Positions 1 through 8,614 of a DNA stretch of 64,000 nucleotides are shown piece after piece. Numbering within the stretch: position 1 is the first letter of the stretch; each line of letters starts with the position of its first letter. The notes below the pieces were generated by a model, which was not told the origin of the DNA, searched no databases, and saw nothing but the letters and a program-made list of their open reading frames with translations. The position numbers and the translations under genes are program-made. Source of the stretch: Candidatus Delongbacteria bacterium (GTDB lineage: Bacteria > CAIWAD01); the NCBI GenBank assembly GCA_963663545.1, contig OY760505.1, positions 64,001-128,000 of the forward strand, given 5' to 3'.

Positions 1-329
1 TGGAGTTGGGACAGGTCTTCTTGGGCGAGTTGGGCTACACGGTGACCGGCGTGCAGTTGCCGCATGAGGCTGTGCGCTTGTTGGAGGCGGATCCTGCTGC
101 TTATGATCTGGTGATTTCCGATATGACCATGCCCGGCATGCGCGGCGATCGGATGGCTGCGGAGATGCGTCGTTTGCGACCTGACCTTCCCATCGTCATC
201 TGTACCGGTTACAGCGAGGACATGAATCAGGAAAAGGCGCGCACGTTGGGTTTGCAAGGCTTCTTAATGAAGCCGCTGGAATTACGCGAGCTGGCGATCG
301 TGATTCGGCGGGTGCTGGATGGGAAATAG
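1..329 (+). CDS. C-terminal receiver domain of a hybrid sensor kinase/response regulator (5' partial)
   Basis: DLVISDMTMPGM, ICTGY and FLMKP receiver motifs; the frame is open at the window edge. Confidence 0.85.
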   Translation, partial: ELGQVFLGELGYTVTGVQLPHEAVRLLEADPAAYDLVISDMTMPGMRGDRMAAEMRRLRPDLPIVICTGYSEDMNQEKARTLGLQGFLMKPLELRELAIVIRRVLDGK

Positions 330-338
330 TGCCGGATC

Positions 339-382
339 CGTGTCTGACCCCCACCTGGCACGTGTCTGACCCCCACCTGGCA
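339..382. repeat. Perfect 22-bp tandem duplication (CGTGTCTGACCCCCACCTGGCA x2)
   Basis: Identical copies at 339-360 and 361-382, just after the stop codon. Confidence 0.9.
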
Positions 383-695
383 CCTCGGTGCTCATTTTGT
401 CCAGTCCACGATACACTCAGCTTCAACGAAACCCACATGCGCTAGCAGACAGGGTAAACAAAACCCAGCAACGCTTCTTGGCCGCCAGGTGACTCGGCAC
501 AGCAAACGCGACCCTGACAGATGACGCATGGCACAGAAGTCTGCGTACCCGCACAAGCACATGCGCGTCAGGCGAAGAGTTCTGCAGGCAGAGTATTGGC
601 GACAAGTTGCATATGCTCTGAACGTGGCCATGAAGCTTCAGGATGCAGAGCTGTATTCGGCTGGCAGCGGGATGTAGTGGGTCACAGCAATTCCT

Positions 696-930
696 AGGAG
701 TCTGTCGGACTTGACCGCTTCGCGGTCTTCATCGCCCCTGTCGGCCCGATTATCCGAAGGTTTTGCACATATCGCCCGATATGCACTGCAAAACCTTCGG
801 ATAATCAGCCTCGACATGGGCAAAGTTTGACGCAGTCAAACTTCAACGGACTGCCAACAATGGTGCGAAGCGCCATTGGTTGGAAGTACGCGCGAATTCC
901 CCATCGAAGGTCCAAGCCCGACAGACTCCT
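696..930. mobile_element. Putative MITE (non-autonomous IS derivative, about 235 bp)
   Basis: Terminal inverted repeats AGGAGTCTGTCGGACTTG (696-713) and CAAGCCCGACAGACTCCT (913-930), 17/18 match; perfect internal 20-bp stem 748-767/787-806; no credible ORF. Confidence 0.65.
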
Positions 931-1075
931 TGGGGGAAGCGATAGGTGTTCCGTGATACGACAAGAGCAGCCTCGAACGCAGCGAGGACAGCGATTGATT
1001 CGCTGCTCCTTTCTCAATCGCTCGCTATTTCCTGAGCTGCCGAACCAAGTCGCAATGCGTGGGGGTTCATGAGTT

Positions 1076-1110
1076 CAAAAACGAGCAAAGCCCCTCACGG
1101 GGCGTTGCTC
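1076..1110 (-). terminator. Rho-independent terminator of the repeat-protein gene
   Basis: Minus strand GAGCAACGCCCC-GTGA-GGGGCTTTGCTC followed by GTTTTT. Confidence 0.8.
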
Positions 1111-1129
1111 ATGTATGCTGAGTTGCGGT

Positions 1130-4057
1130 TTACTTAATCAGTGTCATGTTCATCGTACGTGTGCCAGCGGCTGATTCAAGGGCAGCGATATAGGTTCCAC
1201 TGGCCAGTCTGCCCGCATCAAAGACGACGCTATGACGGCCTTCACTAACCTCACCCTCAACCAGAGTTGCCACCAGCTGACCCTGCAGGTTGAACACGCG
1301 CAGACGCGCATGACCGGCCTCGAGCATCGTGTATTGCAGCTGGGTCACAGGGTTGAAAGGATTGGGGTAGCAGCCGTTAAGCTGGAATTCTGTCACGGTC
1401 TCGCTGGTGACAATCGTCTGGGATTGCAACTGAACAAGACTTCCACTTACCAGCTCCTGGAAGAGCGTGTAGGTGTTGCGTCCGCGCGGTGCTTCGGTAT
1501 CCGTGTAGCTGTAAGCGGCACCCCATAACTCACCCTGAGCCAGGATCAAGGCGTCAAGCAGCTCACCGTTACGCTCGATGCGGTACCCTAGAACATTGGC
1601 TTCGGTGAAGGTCGTCCAGTTCAGGGTCACTTCACCCGCAGCACTTTGCACGAGACTATAGTCACTCAGGCAGGCCGCGGCGGTGCTACTGGGATCGTAC
1701 TCTTGCAGACAGTCACCGGCCGTCTGACCCACCGTGAAACGTTCGTCCTGGGCGAGGACTTCCGTGTTTGCCGTGACGTCAAAAAGCGGGCTGTACGCAT
1801 CACCAATACGGAAGCTCAGCAGATCCATGCCTTCCAGCAGCATGATCTCGTAGTAGCCGGGCTCAACCGGAACCACAGTCGTGCAGGTGCAGCCGCCACG
1901 GGTTAGACGCACAGAGGTGCCGCTGAGCCACTCGTCCTGCAAGTGTACGATCGGCGCGTTCAGTGTTACATCTGCACCGTGCTCAATCTCGCTGGGAATC
2001 ACGGTTTCGGTGTAGGTGCTGATGTAATACATGTAGACGCGGGCGCGGTACTCGTTATCGGGCAGAACATCATGATGGGCCTCGCGCAGCGGAGAGCTGA
2101 TGCTGAAGTCAGCGCGATGGCTTGTATCCTGGTAAAGTTTGATCGAGGAAACAGGCACGCTGTCGCAGTCGACGGTCGCGAAGTCTACGCAGAAGTCGGC
2201 GAGTTGGTAGACGATGTCCGCCGCACTGGTGGCTACGGGATCAACAGTGTCTGTGTAGTCGCTGGCGTAATCCTTGTACACGCGGGCACGGAAGTTCTGG
2301 TTCTGCACCACGTCAATGTGATACTGACCGGCCTCGGTGGCCTGGGCAAAGTCGGCGCGGTGGGACGTGTCCTGATAGAGCTTCAGGCCGTGATTCACAT
2401 TCGTGGGTTCGCCGCCGGCGTAGTCGCTGGCCAGCACTTCCACGTGGAAGTCGACGAGCTGGTACTGCAGATCAGCGCCCTCATTCAGCGCGGGATCAAC
2501 AGTGTCCGTGTAGTCGCTGGCGTAATCCTTGTACACCCGGGCGCGGAAGCTCTGGTTCTGCACCACGTCAATGTGATACTGACCGGCCTCGGTGGCCTGG
2601 GCAAAGTCGGCGCGGTGAGACGTATCCTGATAGAGCTTCAGGCCGTGATTCACATTCGTGGGCTCGCCGCCAGCGTAGTCGCTGGCCAGTACTTCCACGT
2701 GGAAGTCGACGAGCTGGTACTGCAGATCAGCGCCCTCATTCAGCACGGGATCCACTGTCTCTGTGTAGTCGCTGGCGTAATCCTTGTACACGCGGGCGCG
2801 GAAGCTCTGGTTCTGCACCACGTCAATGTGATACTGACCGGCCTCGGTGGCCTGAGCAAAGTCGGCGCGGTGAGACGTATCCTGATAGAGCTTCAGGCCG
2901 TGATTCACATTCGTGGGCTCGCCACCAGCGTAGTCGCTGGCCAGTACTTCCACGTGGAAGTCGACGAGCTGGTACTGTAAATCAGCGCCCTCATTCAGCG
3001 CGGGATCAACAGTGTCCGTGTAGTCGCTGGCGTAATCCTTGTACACGCGGGCACGGAAGTTCTGGTTCTGCACCACGTCAATGTGATACTGACCGGCCTC
3101 GGTGGCCTGGGCAAAGTCGGCGCGGTGAGACGTATCCTGATAGAGTTTCAGGCCGTGATTCACATTCGTGGGCTCGCCACCAGCGTAGTCGCTGGCCAGC
3201 ACTTCCACGTGGAAGTCGACGAGCTGGTACTGTAGATCAGCGCCCTCATTCAGCACGGGATCAACAGTGTCTGTGTAGTCGCTGGCGTAATCCTTGTACA
3301 CGCGGGCGCGGAAGCTCTGGTTCTGCACCACGTCAATGTGATACTGACCGGCCTCGGTGGCCTGAGCAAAGTCGGCGCGGTGAGACGTATCCTGATAGAG
3401 CTTCAGGCCGTGATTCACACTCGTGGGCTCGCCACCAGCGTAGTCGCTGGCCAGCACTTCCACGTGGAAGTCGACGAGCTGGTACTGCAGATCAGCGCCC
3501 TCATTCAGCGCGGGATCCACTGTCTCGGTGTAGTCGCTGGCGTAATCCTTGTACACGCGGGCACGGACAAGGGCTCCGGGTACGACTTCAATGTGATACT
3601 GACCGGCCTCGGTGGCCTGGGCAAAGTCGGCGCGGTGGGACGTATCCTGATAGAGCTTCAGGCCGTGATTCACATTCGTGGGCTCGCCGCCAGCGTAGTC
3701 GCTGGCCAGCACTTCCACGTGGAAGTCAACCAGCGAGATCGACTCACCCAGACCCTGTGCCGTAGAGGTCATGTAATTCTTGTAGACGCGGGCATTGTTG
3801 ATGTTGCCGATATCGGCGAACTCGAACAGGCCCTCGCCCAAGAAAGTGGCCACACTGCGATAGCTATCGTTGTAGTAGCCTTTGACTTGAATACCGCTGG
3901 CATCCGTCACCGGGCTGCCGTCGGCGTGCAGCAGGAGCACTTGATTGGCGCTTTGCGCTAGGGCCATCACTGCCATCACAAGCACCAGTACAGGAAGAAC
4001 GAGTATGCGGTTGCGCAGGGTGCACGTCAGTGAAAAAGTACAATCCATCCGTTCCAT
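1130..4057 (-). CDS. Secreted tandem-repeat protein with C-terminal sorting-type (T9SS/FlgD-like) domain
   Basis: AAGGAG RBS; signal peptide ending MALA-QS; six 85-aa repeats; C-terminus YPNPFNPVT...VFNLQGQLVATL...LASGTY. Confidence 0.85.
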   Translation of the reverse strand: MERMDCTFSLTCTLRNRILVLPVLVLVMAVMALAQSANQVLLLHADGSPVTDASGIQVKGYYNDSYRSVATFLGEGLFEFADIGNINNARVYKNYMTSTAQGLGESISLVDFHVEVLASDYAGGEPTNVNHGLKLYQDTSHRADFAQATEAGQYHIEVVPGALVRARVYKDYASDYTETVDPALNEGADLQYQLVDFHVEVLASDYAGGEPTSVNHGLKLYQDTSHRADFAQATEAGQYHIDVVQNQSFRARVYKDYASDYTDTVDPVLNEGADLQYQLVDFHVEVLASDYAGGEPTNVNHGLKLYQDTSHRADFAQATEAGQYHIDVVQNQNFRARVYKDYASDYTDTVDPALNEGADLQYQLVDFHVEVLASDYAGGEPTNVNHGLKLYQDTSHRADFAQATEAGQYHIDVVQNQSFRARVYKDYASDYTETVDPVLNEGADLQYQLVDFHVEVLASDYAGGEPTNVNHGLKLYQDTSHRADFAQATEAGQYHIDVVQNQSFRARVYKDYASDYTDTVDPALNEGADLQYQLVDFHVEVLASDYAGGEPTNVNHGLKLYQDTSHRADFAQATEAGQYHIDVVQNQNFRARVYKDYASDYTDTVDPVATSAADIVYQLADFCVDFATVDCDSVPVSSIKLYQDTSHRADFSISSPLREAHHDVLPDNEYRARVYMYYISTYTETVIPSEIEHGADVTLNAPIVHLQDEWLSGTSVRLTRGGCTCTTVVPVEPGYYEIMLLEGMDLLSFRIGDAYSPLFDVTANTEVLAQDERFTVGQTAGDCLQEYDPSSTAAACLSDYSLVQSAAGEVTLNWTTFTEANVLGYRIERNGELLDALILAQGELWGAAYSYTDTEAPRGRNTYTLFQELVSGSLVQLQSQTIVTSETVTEFQLNGCYPNPFNPVTQLQYTMLEAGHARLRVFNLQGQLVATLVEGEVSEGRHSVVFDAGRLASGTYIAALESAAGTRTMNMTLIK
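2204..3733 (-). repeat. Six near-identical 255-bp intragenic tandem repeats
   Basis: Marker GTGATACTGACCGGCC recurs at 2318, 2573, 2828, 3083, 3338 and 3593 (period 255). Confidence 0.95.
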
Positions 4058-4086
4058 GGGAATCTCCTTATTGCTGTTCCTGCTTC

Positions 4087-4102
4087 AGCAATATCCAAGC
4101 CA
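4087..4102 (-). promoter_or_regulatory. Sigma-54-type -24/-12 promoter
   Basis: Minus strand TGGCTTGGATATTGCT (GG-N10-GC) upstream of the RBS/ATG at 4057. Confidence 0.6.
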
Positions 4103-4254
4103 TGTTATAAGCTGTAGTAATAACAGCAACATAGAGCAAAAGGGCTGATGAGAAGAAGAGACGCGGTGCACATGCACCGGTTGATTTCCTTGATCTTGGT
4201 TTATATCCACCATGGACTAATGCAGGAGCCCCTTGCCTGTCCTATCTTTAGCGC

Positions 4255-4908
4255 ATGAAATACTCCTACACCCGATTGTTGCCTGTTCTGCTGTGTGCAT
4301 TTTTGCTGTCCTGCGCCAGCGTCCCCATTCCCACACAGGCTCCCCATGAGGCGCCCCTTGAGCGTTTGCCAGATAGCCTGCTGGTGCTCTTGCCAGGGCA
4401 CGACGCTTTTCGTGTGGACGTGCGTTTGGAACAGAGTCGCGGTACTCCTGCGCAATACATGCAACTCTGGCAGGAAGGCCTAGCGCGCACTCTAGCACAG
4501 CGAACCGGCGTGCGATTCCTTACACCGGCGGTTTGTGACACAAGTGCCGAGTCATGCGGTTTCCATGTTGTACGGGACACGTTGAACGCCGAGCGGCAGC
4601 TGCTGGTCATCGATCAGTTGCTGTTGCAGGCTGCACCTGAATCGGGGCTCAAACGCACACTGCGTCGGTTTTCTCTTCACCGCGACGATTTTCACGAATG
4701 GGGCTGGGTGGAAACGCTGTATCACATAGAGACAGATGCAGGTGCTGTGTGTGATACAGTTCGCCTGATCAGCCGTGATCCGGATCCGTATTTCATTGGC
4801 CTGCATGCTGATCGTGGTGCACGATTAATGCTGCGTGCAGCGCGCGATCTAGCCGGTGACTTGAGAAAGCACAAACAGGAATCCGGATCAGTGGAGGCGG
4901 ACGAATGA
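4255..4908 (+). CDS. Hypothetical lipoprotein
   Basis: Lipobox-like LLSC; ATGA overlap with the next gene. Confidence 0.65.
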   Translation: MKYSYTRLLPVLLCAFLLSCASVPIPTQAPHEAPLERLPDSLLVLLPGHDAFRVDVRLEQSRGTPAQYMQLWQEGLARTLAQRTGVRFLTPAVCDTSAESCGFHVVRDTLNAERQLLVIDQLLLQAAPESGLKRTLRRFSLHRDDFHEWGWVETLYHIETDAGAVCDTVRLISRDPDPYFIGLHADRGARLMLRAARDLAGDLRKHKQESGSVEADE

Positions 4909-5738
4909 GGATTGCATGTATCACAATTCTGTTGCTGCTGCTGGCAGGGAGTTGTTCTGTTCGTCGCATGGCCGTGCACATGGCGGAGCCCGTGTTTGAC
5001 GATCTAGTCGTCTCGCTCTTTGCCGAACCAGATCTTCAATTAGCCGAAGCTGCACTCGCCGCTGATCTTAAGCTGATCGAAGGTTTGCGCGTGTCACACG
5101 ACAGCGAGCGTTTGGCAGAGTTGAATGCGATGGCGCTCACGGGATACGCTCTGTTCTTCTGCGAAGAAGAGAACCAGGATCGTGCAGGCGCCTTTTACAT
5201 GCGAGCGACACTAGCCGGTAACACTTTGCTGGGAGTTAATCCGCACACGTTGCCAGCAGACGAGTTCAATACTTGGCTGGCAGACGAAGAAAACCTGCCG
5301 GGGCTGTTCTGGAGCGCCTTTCCCGAAGGTCTCTACATTCGCATGCATTTGAGTGATCCAGCAGCCTTGTATCACCTGGCGAGAGTTGAGCGCATGCTGG
5401 CACGCAGCGCAGAGCTGGATTCCGCTTATTTTCTGGCCGGTGCAAAACTGTTTCAGGGTGTGCTTGACTGTGCACGTCCACGGATGCTGGGGGGGAATCC
5501 GGAGCGCGGTCGTCGGCGCCTGCAGGAGGCTGATGCGTTGGCGCCTGCTGGTTTGTTGCTGGCCGAGCTTTTTGAGGCATGGTATTACTGTCCGGCAGTG
5601 CTGGATGAAGAGCGATTCGACGAGCTGATTTGCACGCTGCAGGAGGCCGTACCCGGGCAAGGTGCTTCCGCGCTGGTCAACGCCTGGTGCATCCGACAGG
5701 CGGAGGCTCTGGCCCGTCAGCGTTCCCTCTGGTTCTAG
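4905..5738 (+). CDS. TRAP transporter T component (TatT-like lipoprotein)
   Basis: Lipoprotein signal; helical protein with 'PRMLGGNPERG' motif; directly upstream of dctPQM. Confidence 0.75.
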   Translation: MRIACITILLLLLAGSCSVRRMAVHMAEPVFDDLVVSLFAEPDLQLAEAALAADLKLIEGLRVSHDSERLAELNAMALTGYALFFCEEENQDRAGAFYMRATLAGNTLLGVNPHTLPADEFNTWLADEENLPGLFWSAFPEGLYIRMHLSDPAALYHLARVERMLARSAELDSAYFLAGAKLFQGVLDCARPRMLGGNPERGRRRLQEADALAPAGLLLAELFEAWYYCPAVLDEERFDELICTLQEAVPGQGASALVNAWCIRQAEALARQRSLWF

Positions 5739-5865
5739 TGGACAATTCACGTGAATCGGTCCACTAGTTGCCGGACGTTGAGGCGGACTTGGCGCGCTTC
5801 CGCAGTTTTCGGCCGTCCGGATGCCTTTCCTAGATTATAGGCTCTGTAACACAAGCGGAGGCCGC

Positions 5866-6867
5866 ATGAGACGATTCACTCCATTCTTGATCCTGCTGTT
5901 GCCCCTGCTGGCGCAGGCCACCCTCGAAATCAAGTTTGCCACACTCGCACCACGCAATTCCACCTGGATGAACATTATGGAGGAGCTGGATGCTGAGCTA
6001 CGCGCTGCTACGCAGGACGAGGTGGGATTTAAATTTTATCCTGGACAGGTTCAGGGCGACGAGCCCGATGTGATACGCAAGATCCGCCTGGGGCAGCTTC
6101 ATGGCGGTGGCTTTACCGGCGTGGGCATGGGCATCATTCAACCCGCAGTGCGAGTGCTTGATTTGCCGATGCTATTCAATAGCCCCGAGGAAGTGGACGC
6201 CGTTGACGAGGGCTTGTTCACAGAGTTCAGCGCGCTCTTCGATGAGAAGGGGTTTGTGTTGCTGGGGTGGGCCGAAGTAGGCCCCGTGCACATCTTCAGC
6301 GCTGAAACAGTCCAGAGCGTCGCCGAGCTGCAACAGCAGAAACTATGGCTGTGGGAGGGCGATCCTGTGGCTGGCCGTTTTTTCGAAGAGCTAGGGTTAC
6401 GGCCGATTTCGCTGAGTCTCACCGACGTATTCACCGGGTTCCAGACCGGTATGATCAACGCCGCCTATGCCAGTCCCTACGCGGCGAGTGCCATGCAGTG
6501 GCAGTCGCATGTGGCTTGTATCACGGCCACACCCATTACGGTTAGTCACGGCGCCGTTCTTGTGAGCAAGCGTATCGTGAGTAAACTTGACGACGAGCAA
6601 CGCCAGCACCTGATGAGCATCTCGCGTCGCCATCTTCGGCGTTTGACAGAGGCCAGCAGAGCAGAGAACGCGACAACGCTCGAGGTCTTTCAGCAGGCGG
6701 GAATTCATCTGCAGCCTTGGCCGGATGCGGAAGTGCTGCGATTGCGGGAAGCTGGCGTAGCGGTTCGCGAAGGTCTAAGCGCTGAACTGTATCCGCCCGA
6801 GGTGCTGGCAAGCGTCCTGGCAAGACTCAATGAGTTTCGGAACGCAGCGAAGGATGTCGCACCATGA
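5866..6867 (+). CDS. dctP: TRAP transporter substrate-binding protein
   Basis: IKFATLAP...GDEPDVIRKIRLGQLHG; GGAGG RBS before ATG 5866. Confidence 0.9.
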   Translation: MRRFTPFLILLLPLLAQATLEIKFATLAPRNSTWMNIMEELDAELRAATQDEVGFKFYPGQVQGDEPDVIRKIRLGQLHGGGFTGVGMGIIQPAVRVLDLPMLFNSPEEVDAVDEGLFTEFSALFDEKGFVLLGWAEVGPVHIFSAETVQSVAELQQQKLWLWEGDPVAGRFFEELGLRPISLSLTDVFTGFQTGMINAAYASPYAASAMQWQSHVACITATPITVSHGAVLVSKRIVSKLDDEQRQHLMSISRRHLRRLTEASRAENATTLEVFQQAGIHLQPWPDAEVLRLREAGVAVREGLSAELYPPEVLASVLARLNEFRNAAKDVAP

Positions 6868-7358
6868 GCCTGTTGCGTCGCCTGCGTGATACACTCTTGC
6901 GCGTAGAGGTCGTGCTTCTGCTTGTCGTGCTGGCTGCAATGATTCTGCTTTCCGCAGCGCAGGTTTTACTTCGACAGTTGCACGGTGGTATTGTCTGGAT
7001 CGACGTTGTCGTGAGACACCTGGTGCTGACCACCGCAATGCTCGGAGCCGCTTTGGCTGCCGGTCGTGGAGGCCATATCAGTATCGATCTGATCGGTCGT
7101 TTGGTGAAAGGCCGGTTCGCGACTTATATGCAGTCCGCTTCCAGTCTAGTGGCGGCCTGGGTTTGCGTGCGTCTTACTCTGGCAGCGGGCACCTTTGTGC
7201 AGATGAGCCGAGAATTTGGTGATACAATTGAAGCCATCAATCAGCCCGCCTGGTTGTGGCAGATCGTGATTCCCCTTGGCTTTGGTCTTTGCGCTCTGCA
7301 TTTCCTGCTGGAGGTTCCATTGCGCCTGCTGCACAAGGACCAGGAGGAACAGGCGTGA
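6864..7358 (+). CDS. dctQ: TRAP transporter small permease
   Basis: About 4 TM helices; GGHISIDL motif. Confidence 0.88.
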   Translation: MSLLRRLRDTLLRVEVVLLLVVLAAMILLSAAQVLLRQLHGGIVWIDVVVRHLVLTTAMLGAALAAGRGGHISIDLIGRLVKGRFATYMQSASSLVAAWVCVRLTLAAGTFVQMSREFGDTIEAINQPAWLWQIVIPLGFGLCALHFLLEVPLRLLHKDQEEQA

Positions 7359-8614
7359 TCCAACCTGTACTCATCGCATTGGCCGCTTTGCTTGGTGTGC
7401 CGCTTTTCGCAATCATCGCCTGGATTGCGCTAAGTGCCTTTACCGTGGCCGAGATCGATCCCGCTGTAGTGTTAGTCGAGCTGTACAGGTTGGCCTCGCA
7501 ACCCGTGCTGGTAGCCATTCCGCTTTTCACCTTCGCCGGTTTCCTCATGGCCGAATCCGGTTTGCCCAGGCGCATGCTCAGGCTCTCGCGAGCGGCTCTC
7601 TCCTGGCTTCCCGGCGGTCTGGCGCAGATGGCGCTACTCACGTGCGCCTTTTTCACCGCTTTCACCGGTGCGAGCGGTGTCACGATTGTGGCAATGGGCG
7701 GCCTGCTCTTTCCCGTGTTACTCAAAGAGCGCTATCCCGAACGCTACAGCTTGGGCTTGTTGACCTGCGGTGGGAGTTTGGGGCTGCTTTTCCCGCCCAG
7801 TCTTCCGTTGATTCTCTATGGACTCATTGCCGGCGTCAGCGTGGATCAGCTTTTTCGCGCCGGACTGCTGCCCGGTTTGCTGATTCTTGGAATTCTGGGA
7901 GCGCATGCAGCCTGGACTGCACGCAAGGCGGGAGTTGCGCGTCAGAGCTTTTCGCTGCAGGAGTTGCTGGGCGCCTTACGGGAAGCGCGCTGGGAACTGC
8001 CGCTTCCTGTTCTTGTGCTCTGGCTGATCTACGGCGGTGTTGTTACGGCGGCCGAGGCCGCTACGGTAACCGTCGTCTATCTGCTGATCGTTGAGGTCGT
8101 GATACATCGAGAACTTGGTCTGAAGGATCTGGTGCGCTTGACGCGCGAGAGCATGTCCATCGTGGGTGCCATCCTGGTGATTCTGGGCTGTGCGTTGGGG
8201 TTAACCAGCTATCTGGTGGATGCACAGGTGCCCCAGCACCTGCTCGAGTGGATTGCCGCCCACGTCGAAAGCCGACTGACTTTCCTGCTGCTGTTGAATC
8301 TTTTCCTGTTGGTGGTCGGCTGCATGATGGACATCTTCAGCGCAATCGTCGTCGTTGTACCGCTCATCGTCCCGTTGGCGGCCAAGTTTGGCGTGCATCC
8401 GGTGCATCTTGGCATCATCTTTCTGACGAATCTTGAGATTGGCTACATGACTCCCCCCGTGGGTCTGAATCTTTTCATCGCTGGCTTCCGCTTCAAGCGT
8501 TCGCTACTGAGCCTGTACCGGGCCAGCCTGGTCTTCTTATTGCTCTTGCTCTTGGCGCTTGCTTTGATTACGTACTGGCCGGGATTTTCATTGGGTTTGG
8601 GAGTCACTCCCTGA
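7355..8614 (+). CDS. dctM: TRAP transporter large permease
   Basis: AIPLF, GLLFPPS and EIGYMTPPVGLNLF motifs; GTG start after AGGAGG. Confidence 0.92.
   Translation: MIQPVLIALAALLGVPLFAIIAWIALSAFTVAEIDPAVVLVELYRLASQPVLVAIPLFTFAGFLMAESGLPRRMLRLSRAALSWLPGGLAQMALLTCAFFTAFTGASGVTIVAMGGLLFPVLLKERYPERYSLGLLTCGGSLGLLFPPSLPLILYGLIAGVSVDQLFRAGLLPGLLILGILGAHAAWTARKAGVARQSFSLQELLGALREARWELPLPVLVLWLIYGGVVTAAEAATVTVVYLLIVEVVIHRELGLKDLVRLTRESMSIVGAILVILGCALGLTSYLVDAQVPQHLLEWIAAHVESRLTFLLLLNLFLLVVGCMMDIFSAIVVVVPLIVPLAAKFGVHPVHLGIIFLTNLEIGYMTPPVGLNLFIAGFRFKRSLLSLYRASLVFLLLLLLALALITYWPGFSLGLGVTP

Noticed and set aside
339-382. Mini-CRISPR
   Set aside because: Two abutting copies, no spacer and no cas genes.
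392-1072. Short ORFs in the first intergenic region
   Set aside because: No motifs or RBS; they overlap inverted-repeat structure.
2204-3733. Repeat array as CRISPR or a DGR template/variable pair
   Set aside because: Contiguous in-frame 255-bp units without spacers; differences are not adenine-specific and no reverse transcriptase is in the window.
1943-3961. Long + strand ORFs (345 aa, 207 aa) with repeats
   Set aside because: Antisense shadows of the repeat protein; no RBS or family motifs, and interrupted by stops at synonymous sites of the real gene.
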